Source: a virus | Taxonomy: Duplodnaviria > Caudoviricetes | Strand: one strand, 5' to 3' | DNA length: 64,000 nt | Virus record (IMG/VR): IMGVR_UViG_3300043429_000173 | Location: 1,489-65,488 of that record | Shown here: positions 8,197 through 17,784 of the stretch, piece after piece | Layout: every line of letters starts with the position of its first letter | How positions within the stretch are numbered: the stretch's first letter is position 1 | Program-made: the position numbers and the translations under genes | Notes under the pieces: model-generated | Databases searched by the model: none | Told to the model about the DNA's origin: nothing | The model's input: the letters and a program-made list of their open reading frames with translations, nothing else

Positions 8197-8724
8197 ATGG
8201 CTAAGATTGAAGATTGGTTAACTAAAGAACGTGTATGTAATAGGGTGAAGAACTGCCTACGTGCAGAAGGCTACCCAAATAAGGATGTGGTATGGCATGT
8301 GTTTCACCTCAACCCAAAGGCACTAATGAGGATGCCACAATTCGGTGATTACTCTATGGCGCAGTTAGAGAAGTGGCTACGTAACTACGAGCCTAAGCAA
8401 GCTTATGTTCACAACGGCAAACATACACAAATATTTAATCACGATGACTTGTCACCTGTTCAAGATGAGTTATTTACCCAACCACCTAAGAAGAGCAGGA
8501 TAGATGAATTGATAGAGAAATGGGATGCGCCTGAAGAACAACCGCAACAGCCTGACGTACTAGACTTTATCCTAGAGTGGATGGAGAAGGCGGCACTGGC
8601 AATCGACTTAAATACTAAAACCCTCATTGAGATTAACCAACGTGTTGCGAACGTAGAGGGCATGCTAGAAAAGAGTAAGAAGCTAAATGAGTTTCAAGCA
8701 TTGATTAAACGTTGGGAGACCTAA
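8197..8724 (+). CDS. Hypothetical protein; N-terminus resembles an RNAP alpha-CTD-like HhH fold
   Basis: RVKNCLRAEG...LMRMPQFGDYSMAQLEKWL parallels alpha-CTD RxxNCLxxxx...LLKxPNxGxKSxxEI. Confidence 0.55.
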   Translation: MAKIEDWLTKERVCNRVKNCLRAEGYPNKDVVWHVFHLNPKALMRMPQFGDYSMAQLEKWLRNYEPKQAYVHNGKHTQIFNHDDLSPVQDELFTQPPKKSRIDELIEKWDAPEEQPQQPDVLDFILEWMEKAALAIDLNTKTLIEINQRVANVEGMLEKSKKLNEFQALIKRWET

Positions 8725-8726
8725 GC

Positions 8727-8954
8727 ATGGAAGAAAAAATAACTAACGCGATACATGCCTTGGTGCTCGTTGCGATATGTTGTGGGACTATCTACTTTGC
8801 ACATACGATGTGGGAAATATCACATTCAGCTATTACTAAAGTTGAGGTTCAGTACGACTGTCGGTTAGCGGAAATCAGTGTGGACTACCCACAAGAAGTT
8901 AAGCGCAAGTGTCGTGAACTAATGCTACCAGAGGTACATGGAAAACATGAATGA
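8727..8954 (+). CDS. Small membrane protein
   Basis: N-terminal TM; YDCRLAEISVDYPQEVKRKCR. Confidence 0.65.
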   Translation: MEEKITNAIHALVLVAICCGTIYFAHTMWEISHSAITKVEVQYDCRLAEISVDYPQEVKRKCRELMLPEVHGKHE

Positions 8955-9144
8955 TTTTAACGCAAGGGATTTATTTGCAGGGTTGGCTATGGTAGGGATG
9001 TTAGCTACTAAAGATTGGTTTTCAACTGGAGGGCGATGGAAAACTGAACCTGAGATGGTTGATACCTATGCGAAAGAAGCATATGACTTTGCAGATGCTA
9101 TGCTCAAAGAGAAGGCGAAGCGTGATGAACGACAAGAAGGGTAG
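8938..9144 (+). CDS. Conserved small phage protein
   Basis: RDLFAGLAM...AYDFADAML motif common in phage accessory regions. Confidence 0.7.
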   Translation: MENMNDFNARDLFAGLAMVGMLATKDWFSTGGRWKTEPEMVDTYAKEAYDFADAMLKEKAKRDERQEG

Positions 9145-9601
9145 CGATGACCGCAGGCTCAAGTCTGCTGAGCACCAACGCAAGATATATCAGTTATTGT
9201 CTGAGCGCAGGATGAATCGTGCGGAAATTAAAGATGCGATTGGAATGAGCAAGAATCAGATTGCAGTTTATATTCGCACGATGCTTAGCAAGGGGCAGAT
9301 TATCGAGCACTCGAATGGCAAGACTAGTGAGTACACAGCAAACCCTGACAACCCTTATGTAGCACCTGTATATATCGAAGTCCTAGCAGGTAGACAGGCA
9401 CGCAGGGAAGCTAAGAAGCAGGCTGAACTGATGCCCGATGAGGATGAGAGTCCTGATTACATAGAGCAGGTTAACGCTTACACTCGTGTTATTAAACTAA
9501 CAAACAAACCACCATTGAACAACGCGATGCCCAAGCCAAAAGCAAAAGCGAGTAGCTTCGTATCAATGGGTAGTGGCATGTTGATGTTTAAAAATTGGTA
9601 G
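9125..9601 (+). CDS. Winged-helix DNA-binding protein
   Basis: KIYQLL...MNRAEIKDAIGMSKNQIAVYIRTMLSKGQI wHTH pattern. Confidence 0.65.
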   Translation: MNDKKGSDDRRLKSAEHQRKIYQLLSERRMNRAEIKDAIGMSKNQIAVYIRTMLSKGQIIEHSNGKTSEYTANPDNPYVAPVYIEVLAGRQARREAKKQAELMPDEDESPDYIEQVNAYTRVIKLTNKPPLNNAMPKPKAKASSFVSMGSGMLMFKNW

Positions 9602-9742
9602 GGGGTAGCATGAATAACAACGTAACTTTATTTTGCGCCTATGCATTATTTTTTATTGGGTTGTTCGAGGGTTGGAGAGGTAACTACGGTCATGCCACCT
9701 ACGCGGTGTCGTGTGCTTGCTTTCTTAGAATAGGGATTAAAA

Positions 9743-9928
9743 ATGACTAAAGACGAAGCATTAAAGGCTTTTAATGGGTGGAAAATTATTGCTTGGCTTT
9801 TAATTATTTATAACGGCATCGCAACTTATGGCGAAACCATTTCAATATTAAAAGCCATCCTCAGCAGTCTACTTTTATGGGCAATTATTATGATTGGTTA
9901 TAACTGGAGAGATAAAGAGCATGAATAA
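9743..9928 (+). CDS. Small two-TM membrane protein
   Basis: Two hydrophobic segments. Confidence 0.6.
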   Translation: MTKDEALKAFNGWKIIAWLLIIYNGIATYGETISILKAILSSLLLWAIIMIGYNWRDKEHE

Positions 9929-10289
9929 TCAAACACAAGAAGCATTAAAGATGGCGATTAAAGCCTTGCTTACAGGACATCATCATACAGATTTATGTAA
10001 TGAAGCACTCAACGCTTGCAAAGAAGCACTAGAACAACCAGCGAAAGAACCTGTGGCTTGGATTAAACAATGGGAAAATATGTTTGGCAAGCATAAAGAT
10101 ATTGTGTTTATTAAAACAGATGAATATTCACCACTTTACACCCACCCTCATCAATGGCAAGGATTAACTGATGATGAGATATTAAAAGCAAGTTCATACA
10201 TTGATATGCTTGGAAACATTGATGATGATGATGTAATTAAATTTGCTTGTGCTATTGAAGCTAAGCTAAAGGAAAAGAACCATGGATAG
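9921..10289 (+). CDS. Conserved phage accessory protein
   Basis: EALKMA...EPVAW...PLYTHP...WQGLTDDEI motifs. Confidence 0.7.
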   Translation: MNNQTQEALKMAIKALLTGHHHTDLCNEALNACKEALEQPAKEPVAWIKQWENMFGKHKDIVFIKTDEYSPLYTHPHQWQGLTDDEILKASSYIDMLGNIDDDDVIKFACAIEAKLKEKNHG

Positions 10290-10512
10290 GATATGGTTAG
10301 GTATCGCGTGTTGTGTGTTTAGCTTTATCACAGGCATGTACACAGCGCACATGATCGACAAGGACAGGGGATGCATGGTGACTTACTCTAAAGGTAACGA
10401 AGTGCATGTGATGGTAGGAGTCAAGTCGTGATTTTAATAATCGAATATATCCAGTGCTACTGGCAAGCCTTTGGCTTGGGTATGTTATTTATGTTCTTAA
10501 TAGGAGAGATGT

Positions 10513-10878
10513 ATGGGAAGTGGCGCAGACAAAGAGTTTGAAGACCGTGATGTTGTGATTAGTAACAGTCTTTATGGGGAACAGATACTAAAAAACCCAT
10601 CATTGAAAGCAGGTGTGTATGCTCAGATGGATGCAAGAGATGCATACCTAGCGAAAGAAGTATCAGATGGTTCAACGGCAAGCTATTACGAGTTGCCTCC
10701 TGATGCTAAAGAACTACAAGACTTAATCAGTGCTAAGAATATGAACGCGCAGATTGGTGAGATATTCAGAGCGTGTTATCGGTATGGGCAGGTAGCACAC
10801 AGCCCTGAGATACGTGACATCAAGAAGATTTTATTCTATGCGAATGCAGAACTTAAACGATTGGAAAAATACGTATGA
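10513..10878 (+). CDS. DUF3310-like (T7 gp1.7-related) protein
   Basis: SYY...IGEIFRACYRYG...RDIKKILFY resembles the DUF3310 pattern. Confidence 0.55.
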   Translation: MGSGADKEFEDRDVVISNSLYGEQILKNPSLKAGVYAQMDARDAYLAKEVSDGSTASYYELPPDAKELQDLISAKNMNAQIGEIFRACYRYGQVAHSPEIRDIKKILFYANAELKRLEKYV

Positions 10879-10972
10879 TTGATATGAGTATTGTATTTTA
10901 TTTAGCTGGTTTTGGTTTTGGTTTTGTAGGTGGGTTTTGGTTGGCAATGAGAATAAATGAAAAGGGATAGAC

Positions 10973-11125
10973 ATGAAAAAACTATTAATTGCTTTGACAT
11001 TATTGGTGGTATCAATCACAGCTTATGCGGCTTGCACTACACATACTTACACATCAGGCACTAGGATTGTAACGTGTACTACTTGCTGTGATAACTATGG
11101 TAACTGCAACACGAACTGCTTCTAG
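10973..11125 (+). CDS. Secreted cysteine-rich micro-protein (50 aa, not in ORF track)
   Basis: MKKLLIALTLLVVSITAYA signal peptide, then ACTTHTYTSGTRIVTCTTCCDNYGNCNTNCF with 6 Cys; AAGGGA RBS. Confidence 0.75.
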   Translation: MKKLLIALTLLVVSITAYAACTTHTYTSGTRIVTCTTCCDNYGNCNTNCF

Positions 11126-11131
11126 AGGTAA

Positions 11132-11437
11132 ATGATGGCACAGCATAAATGGCATAAAGAAATAAAAGCATGGGCTGATGGTGCAGAGATTGAAATGCGA
11201 AGATTAGAATCATGGGGATGGAGAGATTGGGAAACTTATAAAGATTTTTATTGGTATGAAGGTGATGTGCATGAATACCGCATTAAACCACAGTCTAAAG
11301 AGCAAGAGTATTTGTATGTGTATATGAATCGTAATGGAGAAATGCGATTTTTTTGGAATCCAATTACACCATTAAAAACAGATTTAACCTATCAAGGCAA
11401 AATTAAACTAGAGGTGGATGATGTGGGTACTACTTGA
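11132..11437 (+). CDS. Conserved phage accessory protein
   Basis: HKWHKEIKAWADGAEIE...EYRIKP motif. Confidence 0.7.
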   Translation: MMAQHKWHKEIKAWADGAEIEMRRLESWGWRDWETYKDFYWYEGDVHEYRIKPQSKEQEYLYVYMNRNGEMRFFWNPITPLKTDLTYQGKIKLEVDDVGTT

Positions 11438-11551
11438 CGATGAGGGCGAAGTCATTAGGCGATTTGATTATGCCCATGAAGGTGCAGTAGAAGTAAAAGA
11501 AAAGACGTACACGTTTAACGAATTATTTGAATTATATGGGGAGTGTTTATT

Positions 11552-11737
11552 ATGAGTGAAGAAATGAGCAATGAGGATATTCGCAAGGCTTTGACAGCCA
11601 TGCATCATGGGTTGTTAGGTATGCAAGCTAGGATTGATGACCATGAGAAAGTAATTGAGAAGCTTATGTTAGTAATGCAAAACCTAACCGCAGGACAAGT
11701 GCCTGATGGTTTCAGACAACCACCTAAAGGACATTAG
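11552..11737 (+). CDS. Hypothetical coiled-coil protein
   Basis: GGGGAG RBS before ATG 11552. Confidence 0.6.
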   Translation: MSEEMSNEDIRKALTAMHHGLLGMQARIDDHEKVIEKLMLVMQNLTAGQVPDGFRQPPKGH

Positions 11738-11738
11738 T

Positions 11739-11915
11739 ATGAGCGAGATTAAACACCATCACTTACAAAAATGGATGTGGTGGACTAAAGGTGAATGTGT
11801 TGTCGAGGTGTTGCATACTGGGCATTTCCCAACAACGGCAATCGTTAGACTACCTAACGATAAAGAGTCAGAGATAGACGTGGATGAACTTAGAAACGAA
11901 GGGGGCACGCTATGA
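11739..11915 (+). CDS. Hypothetical small beta-rich protein
   Basis: AAGGA RBS before ATG 11739. Confidence 0.6.
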   Translation: MSEIKHHHLQKWMWWTKGECVVEVLHTGHFPTTAIVRLPNDKESEIDVDELRNEGGTL

Positions 11916-12065
11916 TGCTTTTATTAGGGTTTGTAGCTGGGACAATATTCGGTGCATTGGTAATGTCCTCATATGAAAGTAAGCAACGTGCACGACTACG
12001 TAGACAGAAGCTAGAACAAAGACTACATCGACCAAGAAGTCGTAAACAATTTCAGGGGTACTAAC

Positions 12066-12248
12066 ATGGCAAGCTACAATGAAATTACTGGGGACAAAAT
12101 TGCAACCCGAACAATCACCAAAGACTACGAGGATAACTTCGACCGAATCTTCCGCAAAGATAAAGTGGGGGGAACTGGCACCACCACCGATCAACCTGTG
12201 GAACCTACCCAATTGGACATATTCGATGACCAAGACAAAGATATGTAG
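12066..12248 (+). CDS. Conserved small phage protein
   Basis: NEITGDKI...YEDNFDRIF motif; AGGGG RBS. Confidence 0.65.
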   Translation: MASYNEITGDKIATRTITKDYEDNFDRIFRKDKVGGTGTTTDQPVEPTQLDIFDDQDKDM

Positions 12249-12690
12249 CAAGTGCAAATACGAACAGCCTGAGGAGGAGTTCTATGCGGACAATATCTCA
12301 GGTTGGAGTAAGGCGTGCAGTTCATGTAGAAAACGTACCCGTTGGCGTGTAGAGAAACGTCGCGTGCGTAGTAAGCTAGAGATGTTGGCTAAGGCAGATA
12401 CCGAGTTGTCTATGCTCAAGTCAAAAAACTTGAACGCTAAATTAAAACAGTTGATTAGTGAGTTCAAAAAGTTTACTCTACCAAACCGCAATCGGCTAAA
12501 GGAATTGCAGAAGCGAGCCGCACGTGCACCACGTGTGACAGAAAGAACTCGCAGGGCGATTGATGCACGCATACTGAATCAAGAGAAAGCAGAAGCGTTA
12601 CTACAATATCAGGTATCGGTTGTCACCTTAGGATTAAAGACACACCACATTTCAGACTTATGGAGAGAGCGCTATGGCGATGACACCTGA
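12226..12690 (+). CDS. Zn-ribbon basic protein
   Basis: CSKC...F...CSSC after internal ATG 12226. Confidence 0.6.
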   Translation: MTKTKICSKCKYEQPEEEFYADNISGWSKACSSCRKRTRWRVEKRRVRSKLEMLAKADTELSMLKSKNLNAKLKQLISEFKKFTLPNRNRLKELQKRAARAPRVTERTRRAIDARILNQEKAEALLQYQVSVVTLGLKTHHISDLWRERYGDDT

Positions 12691-12973
12691 GGCGAAGGTA
12701 AAAGCCAAAATCAAAAAGATACTTGATGCACATGAGGTGTATCATTTTTCACCATTCCAAGCAGGTATGGGCAGGGCAGGTATTCCTGACATCATTGCTT
12801 GTTTCAAAAGTCACTTCATTGGCATTGAGGCTAAGGCAGGTGACAACAAACCTACACTCCTACAAGAACGTGAGCTAGACAAAATACGCAGGAACGGTGG
12901 TCATGCCATCGTAGTAAATGAGGATAACTTAGATACGTTGGAGTTCTTAATTAAACATTTATCAGGGGGATGA
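12674..12973 (+). CDS. VRR-NUC / PD-(D/E)XK nuclease (resolvase-like)
   Basis: PEAKV, GIPDII, IEAK, PTLLQ motifs. Confidence 0.85.
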   Translation: MAMTPEAKVKAKIKKILDAHEVYHFSPFQAGMGRAGIPDIIACFKSHFIGIEAKAGDNKPTLLQERELDKIRRNGGHAIVVNEDNLDTLEFLIKHLSGG

Positions 12974-12974
12974 T

Positions 12975-13361
12975 ATGCACGCAATATACACACGGCTAAT
13001 TGAGCTAATAGAAAAAGACCCAAACAACATCGACGAGCTAGAGGACTGGATTAACAGTGCGTTGGAGTTAAGTGATAGTGAGGAGGAGTGTATGGCTTTA
13101 ACGAATGCTGTCACTCATGCTAAGAAAGAAATACTCCTAATTGATTTAAGCAAGCACTTATTAGGTGTGTCTGATGATGACGATGATACCCCTGTGGAAG
13201 ACTATAAATCTAGACAAAGAACACTTCAGGAAGCAATGCGCCAACGTGCTGAAGTTGATAGCAAGATACACCTGACAAAAACGCAGTTAGAGATGCTGTA
13301 TAAAAGGTATGAAAACGAACAGAAAAGAATAAGCCATGAATTTACTAACGATAGATTTTGA
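12975..13361 (+). CDS. Hypothetical protein
   Basis: Packed ORF with AGGGGG RBS. Confidence 0.65.
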   Translation: MHAIYTRLIELIEKDPNNIDELEDWINSALELSDSEEECMALTNAVTHAKKEILLIDLSKHLLGVSDDDDDTPVEDYKSRQRTLQEAMRQRAEVDSKIHLTKTQLEMLYKRYENEQKRISHEFTNDRF

Positions 13362-15252
13362 GACCTACTACGACACAGCGTTTAGCTTGTCCAAGATTAC
13401 GACAGAGGAGTATATCCGTTCACCCCTATTTGAAACGATTGGGGTATCAGTCAAGGTCAATGATGAACCTGCCGAGTGGTACAGCGGTGACTTCAAAGGC
13501 ACGAAACAATTCTTAGCTAAGTATGACATCCCTAAGAACGCAGTATGTGCACAGAACGCACACTTCGATGTAGCTATCCTTAACTGGATATATGGAATCA
13601 AACCTGCTCGTATCATCGACACGCTATCAATGGCTAACGTACTGCATGGCATTAACGAATCAGTAAGCCTATTGAACCTATCCAAGCTGTACAACATTGG
13701 TGAGAAGGGTCAAGAGGTACACAATAATAAAGGTAAGCGACGTGCTGACTTTGGTGTGGTTGACCTAGCGCAGTATGGTGAATACTGTAAAAACGACGTG
13801 GAACTGACTTACTTACTGGCTCGGTTCATGATGCCTCAGTTCAGCAAGAAAGAACTCAAGCTGATCGACCTGACTGTGCGGATGTTTACTGAACCTGCAC
13901 TCAAGCTAAACAAGAAGCTACTAGAGCAAGCCCTGTATGACTTAGGACTGAACCGCCGTAACTTGATGCTTAGTCTTATGAACGCATTGGGTGTTAAGAA
14001 CGAGGAGATGCTCAAGTCACAACTCATGAGCAACGAGAAGTTTGCACAACTATTAAAGGAGAACGGAGTTGAGCCACCGCGCAAGATTAGTCCGACAACA
14101 GGTAAAGAAACGTATGCGTTCGCTAAAACCGATGAGGAGTTTACGATTCTTGAAGACCACCCGAACCCAACGATACAGGCTCTTTACGCGGCACGGATGG
14201 GATTTAAATCAACGATTGGGATTACCCGTGCGGAAGCGTTTCTTGCCATCTCCGAGCGTGGTACCTTTCCATTCCCACTCAAGTATTCAGGTGCATCTGT
14301 CACGCATCGTTGGTCTGGTTTCGATGTTAACCCACAGAATTTGTCACGCATCGACCCTAAAAATCCCAAGCCGTCAGATGCGTTGCGGTATGCGATTCAC
14401 GCGCCTAAGGGATATAAGCTAGTCGTAGCTGACTTGAGTAACATTGAGTTGCGCTTGGGGCTATGGCTTGCAGGACAGGATGATAAGCTAGAGTTGATTC
14501 GTAATGGTATCGACTTGTATCGTGACTTCGCATCTAAAGCGTACAACGTGCCATATGAATCTATTGGTAAGAGTGACCCGATGCGGTTCGTTGGTAAGTG
14601 TGCATCACTCTCATTGATTTATGGTACAGGCGCAGTCAAGTTACAAGGCACCATCCGCATTCAAAGTAAAGGTGCCAACATCATTAGCAAAGAGGAATCA
14701 GAGTCCCTTACTAAACTATACCGCACTGATTACGACAAGGTGGTCAAGACATGGAATGAGGGAACCAGTGTCCTTAATGCGATTATCGCAAAACAAACCA
14801 AAACATTTTGCAACAACGACGTGATTCGGATTGGTCCTGCGTTTACGGGCGCATCTGCGTTACTGTTCGCTGACAGCGGTTTAGTTAAACCTAATGGCAT
14901 GGTGCTTACATACCCTGACTTAAAGAAAACAAAGAACGCTGAATCAGGTAAAGATGAGTTCACCTACGAGCAACGATATGGTCGCGATAAAGTATATGGT
15001 GCTAAAGTTTTCCAACGTGTGACACAGTCATTAGCACGTGATATTATGGCAGAGATCATTTTACAAATAAGTAAGATGTATCGTGTTGTTGGTACGGTTC
15101 ACGATGAGGTGTTGTTGCTTGTCGAAGAAGATAGCGCTGAACGTGCGCTTGAAGACCTACTGACTATTATGCGTACCCCACCTGAGTGGGCACCTGACTT
15201 ACCGCTTGACGGTGAAGGTGGTATCGCGGATTCATACGGAGAAGCTAAATAG
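13336..15252 (+). CDS. polA: Phage DNA polymerase, family A, with 3'-5' exonuclease
   Basis: Exo I DFETY, Exo II NAHFD, Exo III YCKND; motif A ADLSNIELR, motif B RFVGKCASLSLIYG, motif C TVHDE. Confidence 0.93.
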   Translation: MNLLTIDFETYYDTAFSLSKITTEEYIRSPLFETIGVSVKVNDEPAEWYSGDFKGTKQFLAKYDIPKNAVCAQNAHFDVAILNWIYGIKPARIIDTLSMANVLHGINESVSLLNLSKLYNIGEKGQEVHNNKGKRRADFGVVDLAQYGEYCKNDVELTYLLARFMMPQFSKKELKLIDLTVRMFTEPALKLNKKLLEQALYDLGLNRRNLMLSLMNALGVKNEEMLKSQLMSNEKFAQLLKENGVEPPRKISPTTGKETYAFAKTDEEFTILEDHPNPTIQALYAARMGFKSTIGITRAEAFLAISERGTFPFPLKYSGASVTHRWSGFDVNPQNLSRIDPKNPKPSDALRYAIHAPKGYKLVVADLSNIELRLGLWLAGQDDKLELIRNGIDLYRDFASKAYNVPYESIGKSDPMRFVGKCASLSLIYGTGAVKLQGTIRIQSKGANIISKEESESLTKLYRTDYDKVVKTWNEGTSVLNAIIAKQTKTFCNNDVIRIGPAFTGASALLFADSGLVKPNGMVLTYPDLKKTKNAESGKDEFTYEQRYGRDKVYGAKVFQRVTQSLARDIMAEIILQISKMYRVVGTVHDEVLLLVEEDSAERALEDLLTIMRTPPEWAPDLPLDGEGGIADSYGEAK

Positions 15253-15908
15253 TGCAACTATCATTCAGTGCAGTAAAAGAGTTTGAGAACTGCCCACGCA
15301 AGTTTCATCAAGTACGTATATTAAAAGCGTACCCACATGAGGACACCGATGCAACCCTGTATGGTAAGGAAGTGCATCTAGCTTGCGAGGAGTATATCCG
15401 TGACGGTAAACCGCTTGGTGGTCACGTGCGATTCAAAGCTGTACTGGATAAGTTAAATGCATTCGAAGGCACTAAGGAATGTGAACTTGAGATGGCGATT
15501 GATAAGAACGGACAGTGCGTACCGTTCGATTCGGAAGACCGCATGTATCGAGGCATTGCTGACTTAGTGATTATTAACAACGACACGGCACGAGTCATTG
15601 ACTACAAGACTGGTAGTGCTAAGTACCCTGAACCTAAACAGTTAGAGTTGATGGCATTAATGATATTCGCCAAGTATCCTGCTGTGATGAAAGTATCAGG
15701 TGCGTTGTTGTTTTTACTTCATGATGTAATGGTGAAACGTGAGTATCATCGTAAGGATTTCAATGCATTACTCAAGCATTGGGTTTCAAAACAAGATACC
15801 ATTATGGCATGTGCAGATACCGAAACTTGGAATCCAAATCCAACTGGGCTATGTAGCTGGTGTCCGCATAAGTCATGTGAATACTGGAAACCGAAAAGGA
15901 GATACTAA
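15252..15908 (+). CDS. Cas4/RecB-like PD-(D/E)XK exonuclease
   Basis: N-terminal CP, RGIADL, IDYKTG, QLELM, C-terminal CSWCP..C (Fe-S ligands). Confidence 0.88.
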   Translation: MQLSFSAVKEFENCPRKFHQVRILKAYPHEDTDATLYGKEVHLACEEYIRDGKPLGGHVRFKAVLDKLNAFEGTKECELEMAIDKNGQCVPFDSEDRMYRGIADLVIINNDTARVIDYKTGSAKYPEPKQLELMALMIFAKYPAVMKVSGALLFLLHDVMVKREYHRKDFNALLKHWVSKQDTIMACADTETWNPNPTGLCSWCPHKSCEYWKPKRRY

Positions 15909-16183
15909 TGCCAAGAAAGAAACCAACACCACCATCAGTGTGGAAGCAAGAATACAAAAATCAAAAGGCGCGTGGGGAAACTAAAGATCAGTTAGAGCGC
16001 CAAAAAGCTAGGAGAGATTATGATAAACGCGGCATCGACCGTGCAGGGAAAGACATTGACCATGTTAAGCCCCTTCGCGCAGGAGGCACCTCAGCAAGAG
16101 GAAACCTCAGACTCAGAAACCCAAGCGAGAATCAGGCTGACAACAAACATGGAACTGGTAGAAAACCGCGCAGTAAAAATTAA
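15908..16183 (+). CDS. Small HNH endonuclease
   Basis: DIDHVKPL..GG...NLR.....N. Confidence 0.8.
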   Translation: MPRKKPTPPSVWKQEYKNQKARGETKDQLERQKARRDYDKRGIDRAGKDIDHVKPLRAGGTSARGNLRLRNPSENQADNKHGTGRKPRSKN

Positions 16184-17711
16184 GACCCGCCTAGCAGATA
16201 AGATTCTAGATGCAATCCCAAGAAGCAAACTGCTAGGTCGCTTACCCAATACTGACATTGATGAGGTGTTAGTCTACTGGGGGGTTGACGAAGTGCGTGC
16301 ATTACACACACTAGGTTTTAAGAACGCACCCCCTGCCCCATTACGAAACTATGCATGGACTGGTGTATATACACCGATGTCCCATCAGAAAACAACCGCT
16401 GAGTTCCTAGCCGCATACGACCGATGCTTTATCCTATCTGAGATGGGTACGGGTAAGACTTGTTCTGCGGCATGGGCGGCTGACTTTCTAATGAAGCGTG
16501 GTGAAGTGCATCGAGTGCTTGTGGTGTGTCCTATATCTATTATGCACGCGGCTTGGAAAGAAGACTTGTTCCGTTCAGTGATGCATCGCAAGGTAGCAAT
16601 CGCACATGGTAATAAAGCTCAACGTATCAAAGTAATTAACTCAGGTGCCGAGTTCGTCATCATTAACTATGATGGTATTGAGATTGTGCTTGATGAGATT
16701 ATGGCAGGTGGCTTTGACTTAATCATTGTGGATGAGGCTAACAACCTAAAGACTACTTCAACCCGTCGTTGGAAAGCATTCCATAAGTTAATGACAACAC
16801 TCAATCCAAGACTATGGATGATGACAGGTACACCTGCGGCGCAGTCCCCTGAGGATGCGTTTGGCTTAGCCAAGCTAGTTTGTCCTGAGCGCGTGCCAAA
16901 ATACTTTACCCAATGGCGTGACATGGTGATGCAAAAAATTACTATGTATAAGTGGATACCACGTCCACGATCTAGGGACATTGTGTTCAACGCACTGCAA
17001 CCTGCTATTCGGTTTACTAAAGAGCAATGCCTAGACTTACCTGACATTATGTATGCACGACGTGACGTTGAGCTAACCCCACAACAGAATCATTACTATA
17101 AAGCGATGATTGCACAGATGCTATTGTCTGCGGCAGGTGAAGAAGTCAGTGCAGTCAATGCCGCCGCTAAGCTCAATAAGCTATTACAAATATCATGTGG
17201 TGCAGTGTATGCAGATAGTGGTGAAGTCCTACGCTTCGATGCATCTAATCGCTTGGCTGTCATGGATGAGATTATTGATGAGTCACCTAAGAAGACGATT
17301 GTGTTTGCACCATTTAGGCACACGATTGAATTAATCAAAGACCATCTTGCAGGTCGAGGCATTCACACAACATTCATTCACGGTGATGTATCACCTACTA
17401 AGCGTGGAGAAATTATTAAGGACTTCCAAGAGAATCCTGATACGAAAGTAATTGTTATTCAGCCACAAGCTGCTTCACATGGTATTACATTAACTGCGGC
17501 AAGTTCAGTGATATGGTTTGGACCAACATCATCAGTCGATACATACCTACAAGCTAATGCCCGTGCACATCGTAAAGGTCAGGATACAAAGGTAACTATC
17601 TTTATGTTGCAGGGTAGCCCAGCTGAACAACGTATGTACGATATGCTTGATAAACGTATTGACAGCCATGAAGACTTAATCAGTTTATATAAGGAGGTAC
17701 TACAGTCTTAA
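16149..17711 (+). CDS. SNF2-family (SF2) helicase
   Basis: MGTGKT, IVDEA, MTGTP, GITLT, QANARAHRKGQ; start at internal ATG 16149. Confidence 0.92.
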   Translation: MELVENRAVKIKTRLADKILDAIPRSKLLGRLPNTDIDEVLVYWGVDEVRALHTLGFKNAPPAPLRNYAWTGVYTPMSHQKTTAEFLAAYDRCFILSEMGTGKTCSAAWAADFLMKRGEVHRVLVVCPISIMHAAWKEDLFRSVMHRKVAIAHGNKAQRIKVINSGAEFVIINYDGIEIVLDEIMAGGFDLIIVDEANNLKTTSTRRWKAFHKLMTTLNPRLWMMTGTPAAQSPEDAFGLAKLVCPERVPKYFTQWRDMVMQKITMYKWIPRPRSRDIVFNALQPAIRFTKEQCLDLPDIMYARRDVELTPQQNHYYKAMIAQMLLSAAGEEVSAVNAAAKLNKLLQISCGAVYADSGEVLRFDASNRLAVMDEIIDESPKKTIVFAPFRHTIELIKDHLAGRGIHTTFIHGDVSPTKRGEIIKDFQENPDTKVIVIQPQAASHGITLTAASSVIWFGPTSSVDTYLQANARAHRKGQDTKVTIFMLQGSPAEQRMYDMLDKRIDSHEDLISLYKEVLQS

Positions 17712-17726
17712 AATACTTTAAGGCCC

Positions 17727-17761
17727 TTGACATTGACATACAATACATATAACATTATCTT
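17727..17761 (+). promoter_or_regulatory. Two overlapping sigma70 promoters
   Basis: TTGACA 17727-17732 +17 bp TAACAT; TTGACA 17733-17738 +17 bp TATCTT. Confidence 0.75.
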
Positions 17762-17784
17762 GTCTTACTATATTGGAGAGAAAC

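Noticed and set aside
15908-16183. HNH as an intron-encoded or mobile homing element
   Set aside because: Neighbouring genes are uninterrupted and the ORF is translationally coupled; no intron structure seen.
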